A DNA stretch of 64,000 nucleotides from Alphaproteobacteria bacterium (GTDB lineage Bacteria; Pseudomonadota; Alphaproteobacteria; GCA-2731375): the NCBI GenBank assembly GCA_965225945.1, contig CBDDBZ010000035.1:288001-352000 (forward strand), given 5' to 3'. The notes beneath the pieces are model-generated. The model ran no database searches. It saw only the letters and a program-made list of their open reading frames with translations, and was not told where the DNA came from. A program made the position numbers and the translations under genes. Each line of letters starts with the position of its first letter. The stretch's first letter is position 1. Shown in pieces: positions 54,128-64,000 of the stretch.

Positions 54128-55350
54128 CACAGTACACGACTCGTTCATGTTGGCTTTGGCCTGGGCACCTGGACTGGTGGTTTTCCGGGGACGAGGAAAC
54201 GAATCAGCTCAATGGCTTGACGCCTGTCGATAGGATTGACGAGCTGTCGCCTTATCCACTCGAAACCGTATCGGAAGATGGATTTTGCCATCCTTTTGTG
54301 GGTTTTGAGGCGGATCGGCTCGGCCTCGTGGAGCCAATCGCCGACTTTGTGCGCCCAGCAGAAGGTGATGGAAAGGACGGCGGTGAGCTTGGAGATGCGC
54401 TCCGGGTCGGTCATGTGGGTGTCTTCGAGGTTGAAGCCACGGGTTTTCAAGGCGGCGAAGAGGGTCTCGATTTGCCAGCGCTGGGCGTAGATGGCCAAGG
54501 CCTCCTCGGGCGCGTCGTTGGTCACGACGATCAACAGTTCGCCGGTCTTGAGATGGAGCGCGGCGACGAAGACGGGCCTGGCCTTGGGTTTTCTGGCCTC
54601 CGAGAGGCGCCTGGCGTTGGAGAGGATGCGGCTTTCCCCGGGTTTGAGGTCGCGAAACAGCTCCCTCGCCTTGACCATGCGACCACGCGTGTTGGCGATC
54701 TTGATGTTGGATCGGATGCGGATGTGAAAGGGGATGGCCTTTTCCTGCAACCATGCCAGCCAGGCGTCGCCGATGAATTCCCGGTCGGCCAGGAGGCTGG
54801 CGATCTTGTCGACCCCGAAGAGCCGGAGGACGTGTTCGAGGATCGCGATCCGCTCCTTGGTATTGGAATTGCCCGCCTTGTCGAGCACCCGCCAGCACAC
54901 GGGAATGGCGATGGCGCGGTTGACGATGCCGATCATCAAGATGTTGACGTCGCGGCGACCCAGCCGCCAGTTGGTCCGGTCCATGGTCAGCCGCCACGGC
55001 CCCGCCTGGAGCCCCATCATCGCGACCAGGAACTCGGCGAGGCGATCGTAATCGAAATCGACTTGCTCGAAAAACCGTTGCAGGCGCCGATAGTTGGAGC
55101 TGGATCGCGCGCGCCCCGGAAAGTGGCAGGCCAAGTGAGAGAGGTTCACCGTCCGGGCGACGAACACGCCGAAGACCAAGACGCAAAGGCTCTCCAGACG
55201 GCTCTTGCGAAAGGCGAAGCCGCATCGTAGCGTCTCACGCAGGGCGTTGATCGGGTTGTCTCGCATGATTTCCCTCTTGACTCGTCGTGGAGTGAATCGG
55301 GAATCCTACAACCTTTTCAACGTCCTACGTAAATGCCGTCGTGTACCATG
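54128..55350 (-). mobile_element. IS4-family insertion sequence, copy 2 (1223 bp)
   Basis: Same IRs as copy 1; 9-bp TSD GACCATTGG (54119-54127, 55351-55359). Confidence 0.92.
54145..55266 (-). CDS. IS4-family DDE transposase
   Basis: Same protein as 19707-20828 except the last residue (T vs A). Confidence 0.92.
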   Translation of the reverse strand: MRDNPINALRETLRCGFAFRKSRLESLCVLVFGVFVARTVNLSHLACHFPGRARSSSNYRRLQRFFEQVDFDYDRLAEFLVAMMGLQAGPWRLTMDRTNWRLGRRDVNILMIGIVNRAIAIPVCWRVLDKAGNSNTKERIAILEHVLRLFGVDKIASLLADREFIGDAWLAWLQEKAIPFHIRIRSNIKIANTRGRMVKARELFRDLKPGESRILSNARRLSEARKPKARPVFVAALHLKTGELLIVVTNDAPEEALAIYAQRWQIETLFAALKTRGFNLEDTHMTDPERISKLTAVLSITFCWAHKVGDWLHEAEPIRLKTHKRMAKSIFRYGFEWIRRQLVNPIDRRQAIELIRFLVPGKPPVQVPRPKPT

Positions 55351-55370
55351 GACCATTGGTTAACTTTTTT

Positions 55371-56966
55371 GTAACTGCCCAGGTACATGGTGGCCTTTTA
55401 GGCGGCGTGGAGACGCTCGATCAGGGTTTCGGGATTTTCCATGAGCGCCTGGATGATGTTCCAGCCCTGTTTTCTGGCGGTCGAGATGAAGCCGCGGACG
55501 GTGGCAAAGTCTTCGGCGCCTTTCTGGCTGCGGAAGCCGCCGGAGATTTTCTGCTTGACCTTCATCATGCGCCCGTCCTGCTCGGCCTGATTGTTGGTGA
55601 ACGGCACGGCGAAATTGATGAGGAAGCGCAGCGCGTCTTCCTTGTGTGTCTGAAGGCGCCGGAGAAGGTTGTGCCCGGTGCGGCGCGGCTTGCTTCCCCG
55701 GCGCTTGGCCTTGCTCGATCTGGGCGCAAGAGGAGGTTGTGCCTCGTGAAAGGCGATGCCCTCGGCCGTGATCGCGTCGTAACACCCTCGGAAGCGCTCG
55801 ACGAGGCCTGGTTTCAGCGCCACGCCCCGCTCCCGGGCGAGATTTACCGCGTGGCAGGCGCGGCGCAATAGTCTCTGCATCTTGCGTGCCCAGCCCTCCT
55901 TCTCGATCTCGATCAGGGCTTGCAACTCGCGCAGGTGATGGGCGTTGCACAGCGCGTGCCGTACGCCCTCCATCGTAAAGTACGGCTTCCAGTGGTCATG
56001 GACGACGATGCCGCCGACTCCGCCGAGCAGGCTGCCGCGTCGCTCCGAGACCCGATAGAAGGTCAACCGCGCGGTCGAGGCGACGTGCAACCATTGGGTC
56101 CGCCCGGCGATCCGCAAGCCGGTCTCGTCCATGTGCTTGACCGGCGCCGATTTCACCAGTTCGCGGATCACATCGACGACGCCTTGGACGGACTCGGCGC
56201 TGTTCCCGCCCATCCGCGCGAGGCTCGCCGGAGACAGTTCCGCCCCGAACAGATCCTTCATCAATTCAGCCAGGCGGTCCTCGGGCAGGAGTTGGTAGTG
56301 CGACAGGTAGACCACCATGGCTCCGATCCGAGCGCCGTATTGAACCGGGCCGGTGATGGCGACGGGAAAAGAAGCCCGAGTGTACGTGCCGCAATGCCCG
56401 CAACGGCAGCGATGCGCCCGATGCTCCGTGACCACCAGGGGCCGGGGCTCGGGTAGATCGAAAACCTGGCGGGCCCCATGGCCGGTAGCCATATCCGGCG
56501 TCAATCCCGAACCACACCACTGGCACGTCTCGGGATAATGGTCGACGGTGGCGTCGGGATCGGCGACTTGGCGCAGGGTCTCGCCCTTGTGGCCCTTTTG
56601 CCCGCCCGGCTTGCGGGCCGATTTCTTACGGAGGCTCCTGGTGCGCTTCTTTTTACCCGCCGGTGGCTTGTTCAATCCATCGCTCGACGGTGGCTTGCCG
56701 CTGTTCGTGCTGTTCAGGCCAAGCCGGCGCTCGAGTTCACCAAGCCGGAGTTCGAACTCGGCGAGCCGCGACCCTTGGGCCAGCACCACATCGATCAGCT
56801 CGTCTTTCGACAAAAAGGCAAGAACATCCCTATCCATCGAATCCTTAGAATCGACCAACCACCCTCTGTCAAACGAAATCTAGGCCGTCAGCGCCCCAAA
56901 CCCACAAAATCTGCCCCCAGAGACCCAATCCGCAGCCTCATCGAAATCAGCTACCTGGGCAGTTAC
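55371..56966 (-). mobile_element. IS66-family element, single-ORF type (1596 bp)
   Basis: Perfect 15-bp TIR GTAACTGCCCAGGTA; 8-bp TSD ACTTTTTT (55363-55370, 56967-56974). Confidence 0.92.
55398..56858 (-). CDS. IS66 transposase
   Basis: NSGKPPSSD, DETG, CNAHHLREL, TNNQAEQD, KQKISG. Confidence 0.92.
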   Translation of the reverse strand: MVDSKDSMDRDVLAFLSKDELIDVVLAQGSRLAEFELRLGELERRLGLNSTNSGKPPSSDGLNKPPAGKKKRTRSLRKKSARKPGGQKGHKGETLRQVADPDATVDHYPETCQWCGSGLTPDMATGHGARQVFDLPEPRPLVVTEHRAHRCRCGHCGTYTRASFPVAITGPVQYGARIGAMVVYLSHYQLLPEDRLAELMKDLFGAELSPASLARMGGNSAESVQGVVDVIRELVKSAPVKHMDETGLRIAGRTQWLHVASTARLTFYRVSERRGSLLGGVGGIVVHDHWKPYFTMEGVRHALCNAHHLRELQALIEIEKEGWARKMQRLLRRACHAVNLARERGVALKPGLVERFRGCYDAITAEGIAFHEAQPPLAPRSSKAKRRGSKPRRTGHNLLRRLQTHKEDALRFLINFAVPFTNNQAEQDGRMMKVKQKISGGFRSQKGAEDFATVRGFISTARKQGWNIIQALMENPETLIERLHAA

Positions 56967-56982
56967 ACTTTTTTACCTTTTC

Positions 56983-57357
56983 ATGGACAAAATCAGTCGA
57001 TTCAGTACCCTGCTCGGGGTGATTCGCGGGATGGGAGCCATGGAATTGAACCAAGATCCGATGCCGTTCGCTTCCGGTGCCTCGGCTGTGATCGGCACCC
57101 TGCTCGGGGTGATTCGCGGGATGGGAGCCATGGAATTGAACCAAGATCCGATGCCGTTCGCTTCCGGTGCCTCGGCTGTGATCGGCAAGCTCATGGTGCG
57201 ACTCCGGGGTGAGGGCCTGCTCCCCGAGGGTGTCGATGCCATCCTGCATACCGCGCTCGCCACCGTGGTGCCGCCGCGCCGGACCGTCGGCGGGCTCGCC
57301 GAGCTCTTTGGCGATCCCGGCCAGGGCGACAGGGAAGGCCTCTTGGCCGCCGCCTGA
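56983..57357 (+). CDS. Hypothetical protein with an in-frame 30-aa duplication
   Basis: Open frame only; start uncertain. Confidence 0.4.
   Translation: MDKISRFSTLLGVIRGMGAMELNQDPMPFASGASAVIGTLLGVIRGMGAMELNQDPMPFASGASAVIGKLMVRLRGEGLLPEGVDAILHTALATVVPPRRTVGGLAELFGDPGQGDREGLLAAA
57007..57186. repeat. Perfect 90-bp tandem duplication
   Basis: 57007-57096 equals 57097-57186. Confidence 0.95.
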
Positions 57358-57478
57358 CCGCGCTCCGCTCCCCTGCTCCTGCGATATCCGCGCCGCCGGC
57401 GCTGGACCCGCGTCGCCTTTCGACGGACGATGACGCCCGAGCGCGCCGACGGCGGACGCAAAGCGGAGGGAAGCATCG

Positions 57479-58249
57479 ATGAGCACCGACATTCGAACCG
57501 ATATTCTGGCCGGCCGAGTCGCGCTGGTGACCGGTGGCGCGCGCGGCAACGGCGCCGCGATCGCGCGGGGGTTGGCGCGGCACGGCGCCGCCGTCGCCGT
57601 CACCGACGTCAACCAGGCGGGCGCCGGCGAGGTCGCGGCCGATATCGAGAGCGACGGCGGCAAGGCCATGGCCCGCCATCTCGACGTGGTCGACCGGGGC
57701 GCCTGTTACACCGTCGCCGCCGCCGTCGCGTCCTCGCTCGGCGAGGTCTCCATCCTGATCAACAACGCCGGCATCATTTCGCGCGACGCGATCGGCGCCC
57801 AGGGCTATGGCGAAGGCTGGCGGCGGACCATGGACGTCAACCTGAACGGCGTGATGAACATGAGCGAGGCCTGTCTCGACCAGTTGCGGCGCACCGGCGG
57901 CAGCATCGTCAACCTGGCCTCGATCCGCTCGTTCATCGCGGCGCGGGAATCGGCCGCCTATTGCGCCTCCAAGGGCGCCGTGGCGATGGTGACGAAGGCG
58001 ATGGCGACGGAACTCGCGAGCGACGGCATCCGCGTCAACGCCATCGCGCCGGGTCTGATCGCGACCCCGATGACGACGGTGCATCGCGACAATCCGGAAA
58101 CCCTGGCGGCGTTTCTGAGCCGCGTCCCGCTCGACCGCGTGGGCGAGCCGGACGAGTTGGCGGGCCCCGTGGTCTTTCTGGTTTCCGAACTCGCCAGCTT
58201 CGTCACCGGCGTCGTGCTGCCGGTGGATGGCGGCCTGCTCGCCAACTAG
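57479..58249 (+). CDS. SDR oxidoreductase
   Basis: TGGARGNG, NNAG, YCASK. Confidence 0.9.
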   Translation: MSTDIRTDILAGRVALVTGGARGNGAAIARGLARHGAAVAVTDVNQAGAGEVAADIESDGGKAMARHLDVVDRGACYTVAAAVASSLGEVSILINNAGIISRDAIGAQGYGEGWRRTMDVNLNGVMNMSEACLDQLRRTGGSIVNLASIRSFIAARESAAYCASKGAVAMVTKAMATELASDGIRVNAIAPGLIATPMTTVHRDNPETLAAFLSRVPLDRVGEPDELAGPVVFLVSELASFVTGVVLPVDGGLLAN

Positions 58250-58367
58250 GGGAGGGGAGGGATGGCCGCCGGTCCGCTACGGCGATTATCTGATGGCGCG
58301 GCTCGACGTGAACTACGCCTATCGCGGCGGCGCCGGCGGCGAGGTCGATGTCGGCTGAACGATCCGA

Positions 58368-59183
58368 TCAGCTCCCGGAGCGCGTGGCGTCCCAGTAATC
58401 GGAATTGAGGGTGCCGAGGAAGCCGTCGTGCTTCGAGCGTAGGCAGCCCCTGAAGCTCGGCGGCGACAGCATGTAGGCCTGGGTGCCGCTACAGCCCTCG
58501 AAGGCCCGCTCGAAGAGGGCGCGGCCCTCGCGCGGCGTCATGGCGCCGTGCGTCTCGATGACGCGGTCATAGAGGACCTCGCGCTCATCCTCCGGGATCA
58601 GGTGCGAGGTTCCGAGCCGATTGACCATGGCCAGCGTCATCCGCGCCGCCGCCATGCGGGCAACGTCGCCGTCGACCAGCTTGGCGCCCATGCTCCTGAG
58701 ACTGTTGGTGACCAGCGTCCTCTCGGCATCGCCGAAGGGGCTGGGGTCGTCCGATTTGGCTTCGGGAAACAGCACCGCCTTGCGGCCGACCTCGACGAAG
58801 GCCTTGACCAATCCCATCGAATCGAATCGGTGGCTCGACATGGAAAGCCGCACCGCCACGTGGGTGCGGAGCGCCGTGAACGACAGTTCCCGCTCGGCGT
58901 CGAGCACCACCAGGCTGCCGTCCGCCCGTTCGCCCACCAACTTCAAGGCGCCGGCGTCGGCGATTGCGTAACGCTCACCCGGCTCCGGCGGGCGGCGCGC
59001 TTGCTGTAGGCAGAAGGCGCTGAACTCGGCCGCGCAGTCGGGGCCGAGGCAGGTCAACGGCACCGGGCCGGCGCTTGCCACCAGGGCGAGGGCCTGCGGG
59101 GCGGCCATCGCCGCGGCACTCAAAAGAGACAGCGCGCCGGCGCCCGTCAGCGCCAAGGCCAGGTCACGAATCGTTTTCAGCAT
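58368..59183 (-). CDS. Hypothetical secreted protein
   Basis: Signal peptide ending AMA-A; Cys-containing mature region. Confidence 0.6.
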   Translation of the reverse strand: MLKTIRDLALALTGAGALSLLSAAAMAAPQALALVASAGPVPLTCLGPDCAAEFSAFCLQQARRPPEPGERYAIADAGALKLVGERADGSLVVLDAERELSFTALRTHVAVRLSMSSHRFDSMGLVKAFVEVGRKAVLFPEAKSDDPSPFGDAERTLVTNSLRSMGAKLVDGDVARMAAARMTLAMVNRLGTSHLIPEDEREVLYDRVIETHGAMTPREGRALFERAFEGCSGTQAYMLSPPSFRGCLRSKHDGFLGTLNSDYWDATRSGS

Positions 59184-59413
59184 CGGGCTCGATCCTCGTC
59201 CGTCGCGCGAACTCTCGGCGCGTTTCAGGTGCGGCCCCCCGGCCCATCGGAGGGGCCATTTCAATCCGGGTCATGCTCCCACCGGCCATTGGCCGAGTCA
59301 ACCGAAAGCGGTTGATTCGACTGGCCTTTACGGACCGCCATCAAACCCTTCCCTAGGCTCGGATCATGCTCTGGGTCGGTTGGTATAATGGTCGCGCGAT
59401 TCGGAGCGAGGCG

Positions 59414-60181
59414 ATGGCCGACGGAACGACGATCTGGCACGAGCGCGGCGGCGGCGACGGCCTGACGCTCGTCCTCCTGCACGGCCTCGGCGCCAACGGC
59501 GCGGTGTGGGACGGCCTCCTGCCCCTCCTCGACGAACATTGGCCGGGGCGATGGATCATCCCCGATTTCCGAGGGCACGGCCGCTCGTTCCATCGCGCGC
59601 CCTACGGTATCGGGGTTCACGCGGCCGACGTGGCCGGCCTTTTCCGACAAGGAGACGAGGTGATCCTGGTCGGCCACTCGATGGGCGGCGCCGTCTCGCT
59701 CGCCCTCGCCACGGGCATGTTCGGAATCCGAGTGCGCTCCGTCGTCGCCTTCTCCATCAAGGTAGAGTGGAGCGAGGACGATCGTTCGAGAGCCGGCAAG
59801 ATCGCTGCCGCGCCGCCCCGCATGTTCGACGGCCGGGAGGCGGCGGCCGAGCGCTGCCTCCGCGTCGCCGGGCTCCACGATTTGCTGGCGCCGACAGCAC
59901 GCGTCGCGACCGTCGGCGTTGCCGAGGAAGAGGGCCGGTTTAGATTGGCGACCGATCCCCTCGTCAACGCCATCGGCGCCTATGACCTTGCCGCGATGAC
60001 GCGGGCGGCGCGCGCGCCCCTACGTCTTCTCGCCACGGAGAACGACCCCGTCGGACCCGTGACCGGCATGCGACGTCTCGGCCGGGAGGTCGAGGTGCTG
60101 CCCCGCCTCGGACACAATCCGCACGTGGAAGCGCCGGCGGTCTTCTGGCGAGCTGTCGCCGACCATCTGCTCGCGGCGTAG
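59414..60181 (+). CDS. Alpha/beta hydrolase
   Basis: LLHG, GHGRS, GHSMGG, GHNPH. Confidence 0.88.
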   Translation: MADGTTIWHERGGGDGLTLVLLHGLGANGAVWDGLLPLLDEHWPGRWIIPDFRGHGRSFHRAPYGIGVHAADVAGLFRQGDEVILVGHSMGGAVSLALATGMFGIRVRSVVAFSIKVEWSEDDRSRAGKIAAAPPRMFDGREAAAERCLRVAGLHDLLAPTARVATVGVAEEEGRFRLATDPLVNAIGAYDLAAMTRAARAPLRLLATENDPVGPVTGMRRLGREVEVLPRLGHNPHVEAPAVFWRAVADHLLAA

Positions 60182-60767
60182 GCGAAGCGGCCACGTGACG
60201 GCTTGCCCAAGGGCGTGGGTTTCACGACTATCGCTTCCACGCCCGGTGCGCCCGGGTGGTGTCGAAGAAATGGAGAAAAGCCCATGCGCATCGGTCTTGC
60301 GACTCCGCTTCCCGCCTACACCATCGACCCGGCGTTCATGGCACGAAAGGCCGAAGAGCTGGGGTTCGACTCGATCTGGTACGCCGAGCATCCGGCCGTT
60401 CCCGTCGAGAGCGACAGCCCCTTTCCGGCCACGGGCGGCGAGATTCCGTGGACCTACTCGCATTTCACCGACCCCTATATCGCGCTGGCGCGGGCCTCCG
60501 CCGTCACCACGACCCTGTTGCTCGCGACGGGCATCACCCTGGTTCCGCAGCGCAACCCGCTACTCCTGGCCAAGGAAGTGGCGGCCCTCGACCACCACAG
60601 CGGCGGACGCGCCATTCTCGGCGTCGGGACCGGCTGGTTGCGCGAAGAGGTCGAGATCTTCGGCGGCGACTTCCCCCGTCGTTGGACCCAGACCCGCGAG
60701 GCGCTGGACGTCATGAAGGCGCTCTGGACCAACGATATCGCCGAATTTCACGGCCAGTACTACGATT

Positions 60768-61522
60768 CTTGCCTATCCGGTTATCACCCACACCCACTAT
60801 ATGTAGTGTGCACCCATTTTCCTGAGTAAAGCTCGGTGCAGGTCGAAGCGGAGATATCTCCGGCGATGCCGAGCAGGGACTCGGACGGCATTGTAGCGCC
60901 TTTTAGGCGACACTTTAGCGTGGTGGAAATCCTAATCATTGAGTCGGATTTGGCAAAACGCCACGTTGCATAAAGGACCGTCACTTCATTGAAATTTATC
61001 TGAAATCGGAGGTGAACGACACCGATGGAATATTCCAGGAAATCAGAGCTTCATTGAATTGTAGGATTCGAGTGCCGGATTATTCACAAATAGCTCTGTG
61101 AACTGGTTTTCAAGTTCGCTCAATACGTCATATGAAGTAAACGGATTGAGGATCACGTTCTTGCGTGTCGCTTCGTCTTCGCTGCGACTCAAAACGCGCA
61201 GGAGACTAACAGGCGCGGACGGGTTCTTCGCAACGATTCGTGCCAGCGCGTCGCTTTCTTCGACTAGTGCCGTCAATCGCTCAGACGATGTCGTTTCATC
61301 AGCAGCTTCCCGTCTGGCCGTGGGTTTCTTCGTTTTTCCCTTGGTCGCCACCGTTCCGTCCCCCGATGTTAAGTACGTGACGTGAATTAAACTCCGGTTC
61401 GGTTTTCAGAACAATCAAGAATTAGCCGGATCGCCTCCTCAATGCGCCTGCGCCGGCCCTTGCCTGCAGTCCAAGGAGACACACTACATATAGTGGGTGT
61501 GGGTGATAACCGGATAGGCAAG
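60768..61522. mobile_element. Non-autonomous IS1595-like element with a passenger gene
   Basis: Perfect 43-bp TIRs starting CTTGCCTATCCGG; 8-bp TSD CTACGATT (60760-60767, 61523-61530); no transposase. Confidence 0.9.
61043..61351 (-). CDS. Leucine-rich-variant (LRV)-like repeat protein, passenger gene
   Basis: Repeats VAKNPSAPVSLLRVLS / VILNPFTSYDVLSEL / VNNPAL. Confidence 0.6.
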   Translation of the reverse strand: MATKGKTKKPTARREAADETTSSERLTALVEESDALARIVAKNPSAPVSLLRVLSRSEDEATRKNVILNPFTSYDVLSELENQFTELFVNNPALESYNSMKL

Positions 61523-61967
61523 CTACGATTTTCCGCCCGTCCGCTCTTTCCCGAAGCCGGCGCAAAAGCCCCACCCCCCGATCGTCATCGGCGGCGCGGC
61601 GAAGAACGTCTTGAAGCGCATCGTGGCGCACGCCGACGGCTGGCTGCCGAACCGGATCACGCCCGGCGATCTGGAAGTCCGTCGCCGCGAGCTCGACGAA
61701 CTGGCACGGGCCGCCGGCCGCGATCCCGAATCGATCACGATCTCCGTCTACGGCCAGCAGCCCGACCCCGCCCTGGTCCGATCGCTCATCGACGCGGGCG
61801 CGTATCGCGTCGTCGTGCGGCCGAACCATGTCGACACCGAGGCGGAGATGGGCGCGCAACTCGAAGGTATCGCCGAAGCCCTGTTCTAGCCCATGATCCG
61901 GCCGGTTGGCGACGTTGGCGCCGAGCACGCCCGAAGGACCACCAGCAACGAGGTGAGGCCCGAAGCG

Positions 61968-62969
61968 ATGACCCTAGACGTCGCCATGTACCATATCGCC
62001 CACGAACGCGTCGCCGATCGTCTGGCCGCGCTCGAGCTCCCCGTTCGCGTCCTTCCGCTGCACGAAGACGGCACCTGCCGGGTCGACGGCGAAAACCTGC
62101 CGCTCGGCGAGGTCGCGCCGGAGGCAGTCTGGCTCAGCCTGGAAGTGGCAACTAGCGGCCTGTTCGATGCCTGCATGGAGGCGGTCGCGGCCTCATCGAC
62201 GGTGAAGTGGCTGCAGACCTTCAACGCCGGTCTCGACCACCCGGGCTATCGGGCCATCGCCGCCGCCGGCATCCGCATCGGCGCCAGCAGCGCCCAGGCC
62301 GTGGCGATCGCGGAATACACCTTCGCCCAAGTGCTGAGCCTCTATCAGCCGATTGAGGCCCAGCGCGAGGCCCAGGCGCGCCGCGAATGGAAGCAGCTCG
62401 GCTTCCGCGAGCTTTCGCGCTCGACCTGGGTCATCGTCGGTTACGGCAACATCGGCCAGGAAGTCGGGTCAAGAGCCAAGGCGTTCGGGGCCCGGGTGCT
62501 GGCGGTGCGCCGCCGGGCCACGCCCTCGGGCCATGCCGACGCGGTCGGCACGCAAGCCGATCTGCCGGCCTATCTGGCCCAGGGCGACGTCGTGGTCCTG
62601 TCCTGCCCCCACACAGCCGAGACCGACCGCATGGTCGACCGGGACTTCCTCGGCGCGATGAAACGGGGCGCGATCCTGGTCAACGTCGCGCGTGGCGGCG
62701 TGATCGACGACGAGGCCCTGCTGGCGGCACTCGACGAAGGCAAGCTCCAGGCCGCCGTGCTCGACGTCTTCGATCCCGAACCGTTGCCGAGGAATAGCCG
62801 CTATTGGGACCATCCGAGGGTGCGCCTCACCGCGCACTCCTCCTTCGCCGGCGAGGCCACGGCGGAACGCGGCGACGCGCTCTTTCTCGCCAACCTGGCG
62901 CGCTATCTCGCCGGCGAGCCGCTGATCAACGAGGTCGATCTCGCGGTCTATCTCGACACCCTGCGCTGA
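61968..62969 (+). CDS. D-2-hydroxyacid dehydrogenase
   Basis: GYGNIG, NVARG, LDVFDPEP, TAH. Confidence 0.9.
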   Translation: MTLDVAMYHIAHERVADRLAALELPVRVLPLHEDGTCRVDGENLPLGEVAPEAVWLSLEVATSGLFDACMEAVAASSTVKWLQTFNAGLDHPGYRAIAAAGIRIGASSAQAVAIAEYTFAQVLSLYQPIEAQREAQARREWKQLGFRELSRSTWVIVGYGNIGQEVGSRAKAFGARVLAVRRRATPSGHADAVGTQADLPAYLAQGDVVVLSCPHTAETDRMVDRDFLGAMKRGAILVNVARGGVIDDEALLAALDEGKLQAAVLDVFDPEPLPRNSRYWDHPRVRLTAHSSFAGEATAERGDALFLANLARYLAGEPLINEVDLAVYLDTLR

Positions 62970-63083
62970 GGCCGACGTCCCAGCGGGCTATCCCGGTGCC
63001 GCTCGGCAGTCGTACCATGTCGTTCGACCGGGCGGGCACATGCGTCGTCGGCCGCTGATGCGCATTTCAAGAGGGAGACGGTG

Positions 63084-64000
63084 ATGAAGGCGGCGCTGAT
63101 CGAAAGACACGGCGGGCCGGAGGAGCTGGTGTATGGCGATGTGCCCGATCCGACCGCCGGGCCGGGCGAGATCGTCGTCGACGTCCATGCGGCGAGCGTC
63201 AACGCCGCCGACTGGAAGGTCCGCTCCGACAGCTACGGCTCGAGTTTGACCTTCCCCTATGTCCTGGGGCGGGACTTTTCCGGCCTCGTCGCCGAGCTCG
63301 GCCCCGGCGTCGAGGATTTCGCGGCGGGCGACGCGGTCTTCGGCGTCTGCGACGCCGGCCAGGAAGGGGCCTATGCCGAGAAGTTGGCGATCAAGGCCGC
63401 CATCGTCGCGGCCAAACCGGACTCGCTCTCACACCTCGAGGCGGCCTCGCTGGCGCTGATCGGCCTCACCGCCCTGATCGCCGTCGAGGACACCCTCGAA
63501 CTCCGGGCCGGCGAGACGATCCTGATCCAGGGCGGCGCCGGCGGTGTCGCCGGCTTCGCCGTGCAGCTCGCCAAGCACATCGGTGCCCGGGTGATCACCA
63601 CGGCGAGCGCCGCCAACCACGACTATCTGCGCGACCTCGGCGCCGACGAGATCATCGACTATAACGCCCGGGATTTCACCGAGGTGGTGTCGGACTGCGA
63701 CGCGGTATTCGATACCGTCGGCGGCGACGTCGCCGATCGCTCGTTCCGGGTGCTGAGGTCCGGCGGACGCGCCGCCTTCATCGCCTCCGGTGGCCAGGCA
63801 CCCACGCCGCCCGGCGACGACGTCCGCGCCCTTCGGCCCAATGTCGGGCGCGATCGCCCGCATCTGGAGCGCATCGTCGAACTGGTCGCGGCCGGCGCGG
63901 TGCGCGTGCCGGAGATCACGCGCTATCCCCTGGCCGAGGCGGCGGCGGCGCATCGGGTCAGCGAGGCGCGCCACCTGAGGGGCAAGCTGGTCTTCGAAGT
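63084..64000 (+). CDS. NADP-dependent MDR/quinone oxidoreductase, runs off the window end
   Basis: MKAALIERHGGPE, LGRDFSG, GGAGGVA, HLRGKLV; no stop before the edge. Confidence 0.85.
   Translation, partial: MKAALIERHGGPEELVYGDVPDPTAGPGEIVVDVHAASVNAADWKVRSDSYGSSLTFPYVLGRDFSGLVAELGPGVEDFAAGDAVFGVCDAGQEGAYAEKLAIKAAIVAAKPDSLSHLEAASLALIGLTALIAVEDTLELRAGETILIQGGAGGVAGFAVQLAKHIGARVITTASAANHDYLRDLGADEIIDYNARDFTEVVSDCDAVFDTVGGDVADRSFRVLRSGGRAAFIASGGQAPTPPGDDVRALRPNVGRDRPHLERIVELVAAGAVRVPEITRYPLAEAAAAHRVSEARHLRGKLVFE

Larger units (their letters stand above)
60284..61889 (+). pseudogene. LLM-class (F420/flavin-dependent) oxidoreductase interrupted by a 755-bp element
   Basis: AEELGFDSIWYAEH...FHGQYYD, then FPPVRSFPKP...PIVIGG...ADGWLP; frame restored when the element and one TSD are removed. 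Confidence 0.9.

Noticed and set aside
19690-55350. Composite transposon bounded by the IS4 copies
   Set aside because: Each copy has its own distinct TSD
57007-57186. CRISPR array
   Set aside because: Adjacent identical 90-bp units with no spacers

Overview
GC-rich bacterial chromosome segment, probably alphaproteobacterial (ispH-thrB-rnhA block, usg remnant, short palindromic repeat). A backbone of metabolic genes is broken by more AT-rich accessory blocks: (i) an SDR-fold/class III adenylate cyclase fusion whose SDR half lacks its catalytic residues; (ii) a Type I R-M operon with a Septu-like ATPase+HNH pair between hsdS and hsdR; (iii) an island with IS630, a solute-binding protein, a disrupted HAMP adenylate cyclase and an integrase/IS91-like element; (iv) two near-identical IS4-family copies, an IS66, and a 755-bp transposase-less IS1595-like element carrying an LRV-repeat gene inside an LLM oxidoreductase. 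Many genes are frameshifted or interrupted, and two stretches look like mixed-consensus assembly artefacts. I saw no rRNA, tRNA or CRISPR array. The best candidate for a new system is the pseudo-SDR adenylate cyclase. All family calls come from motif recognition by eye, not database searches.
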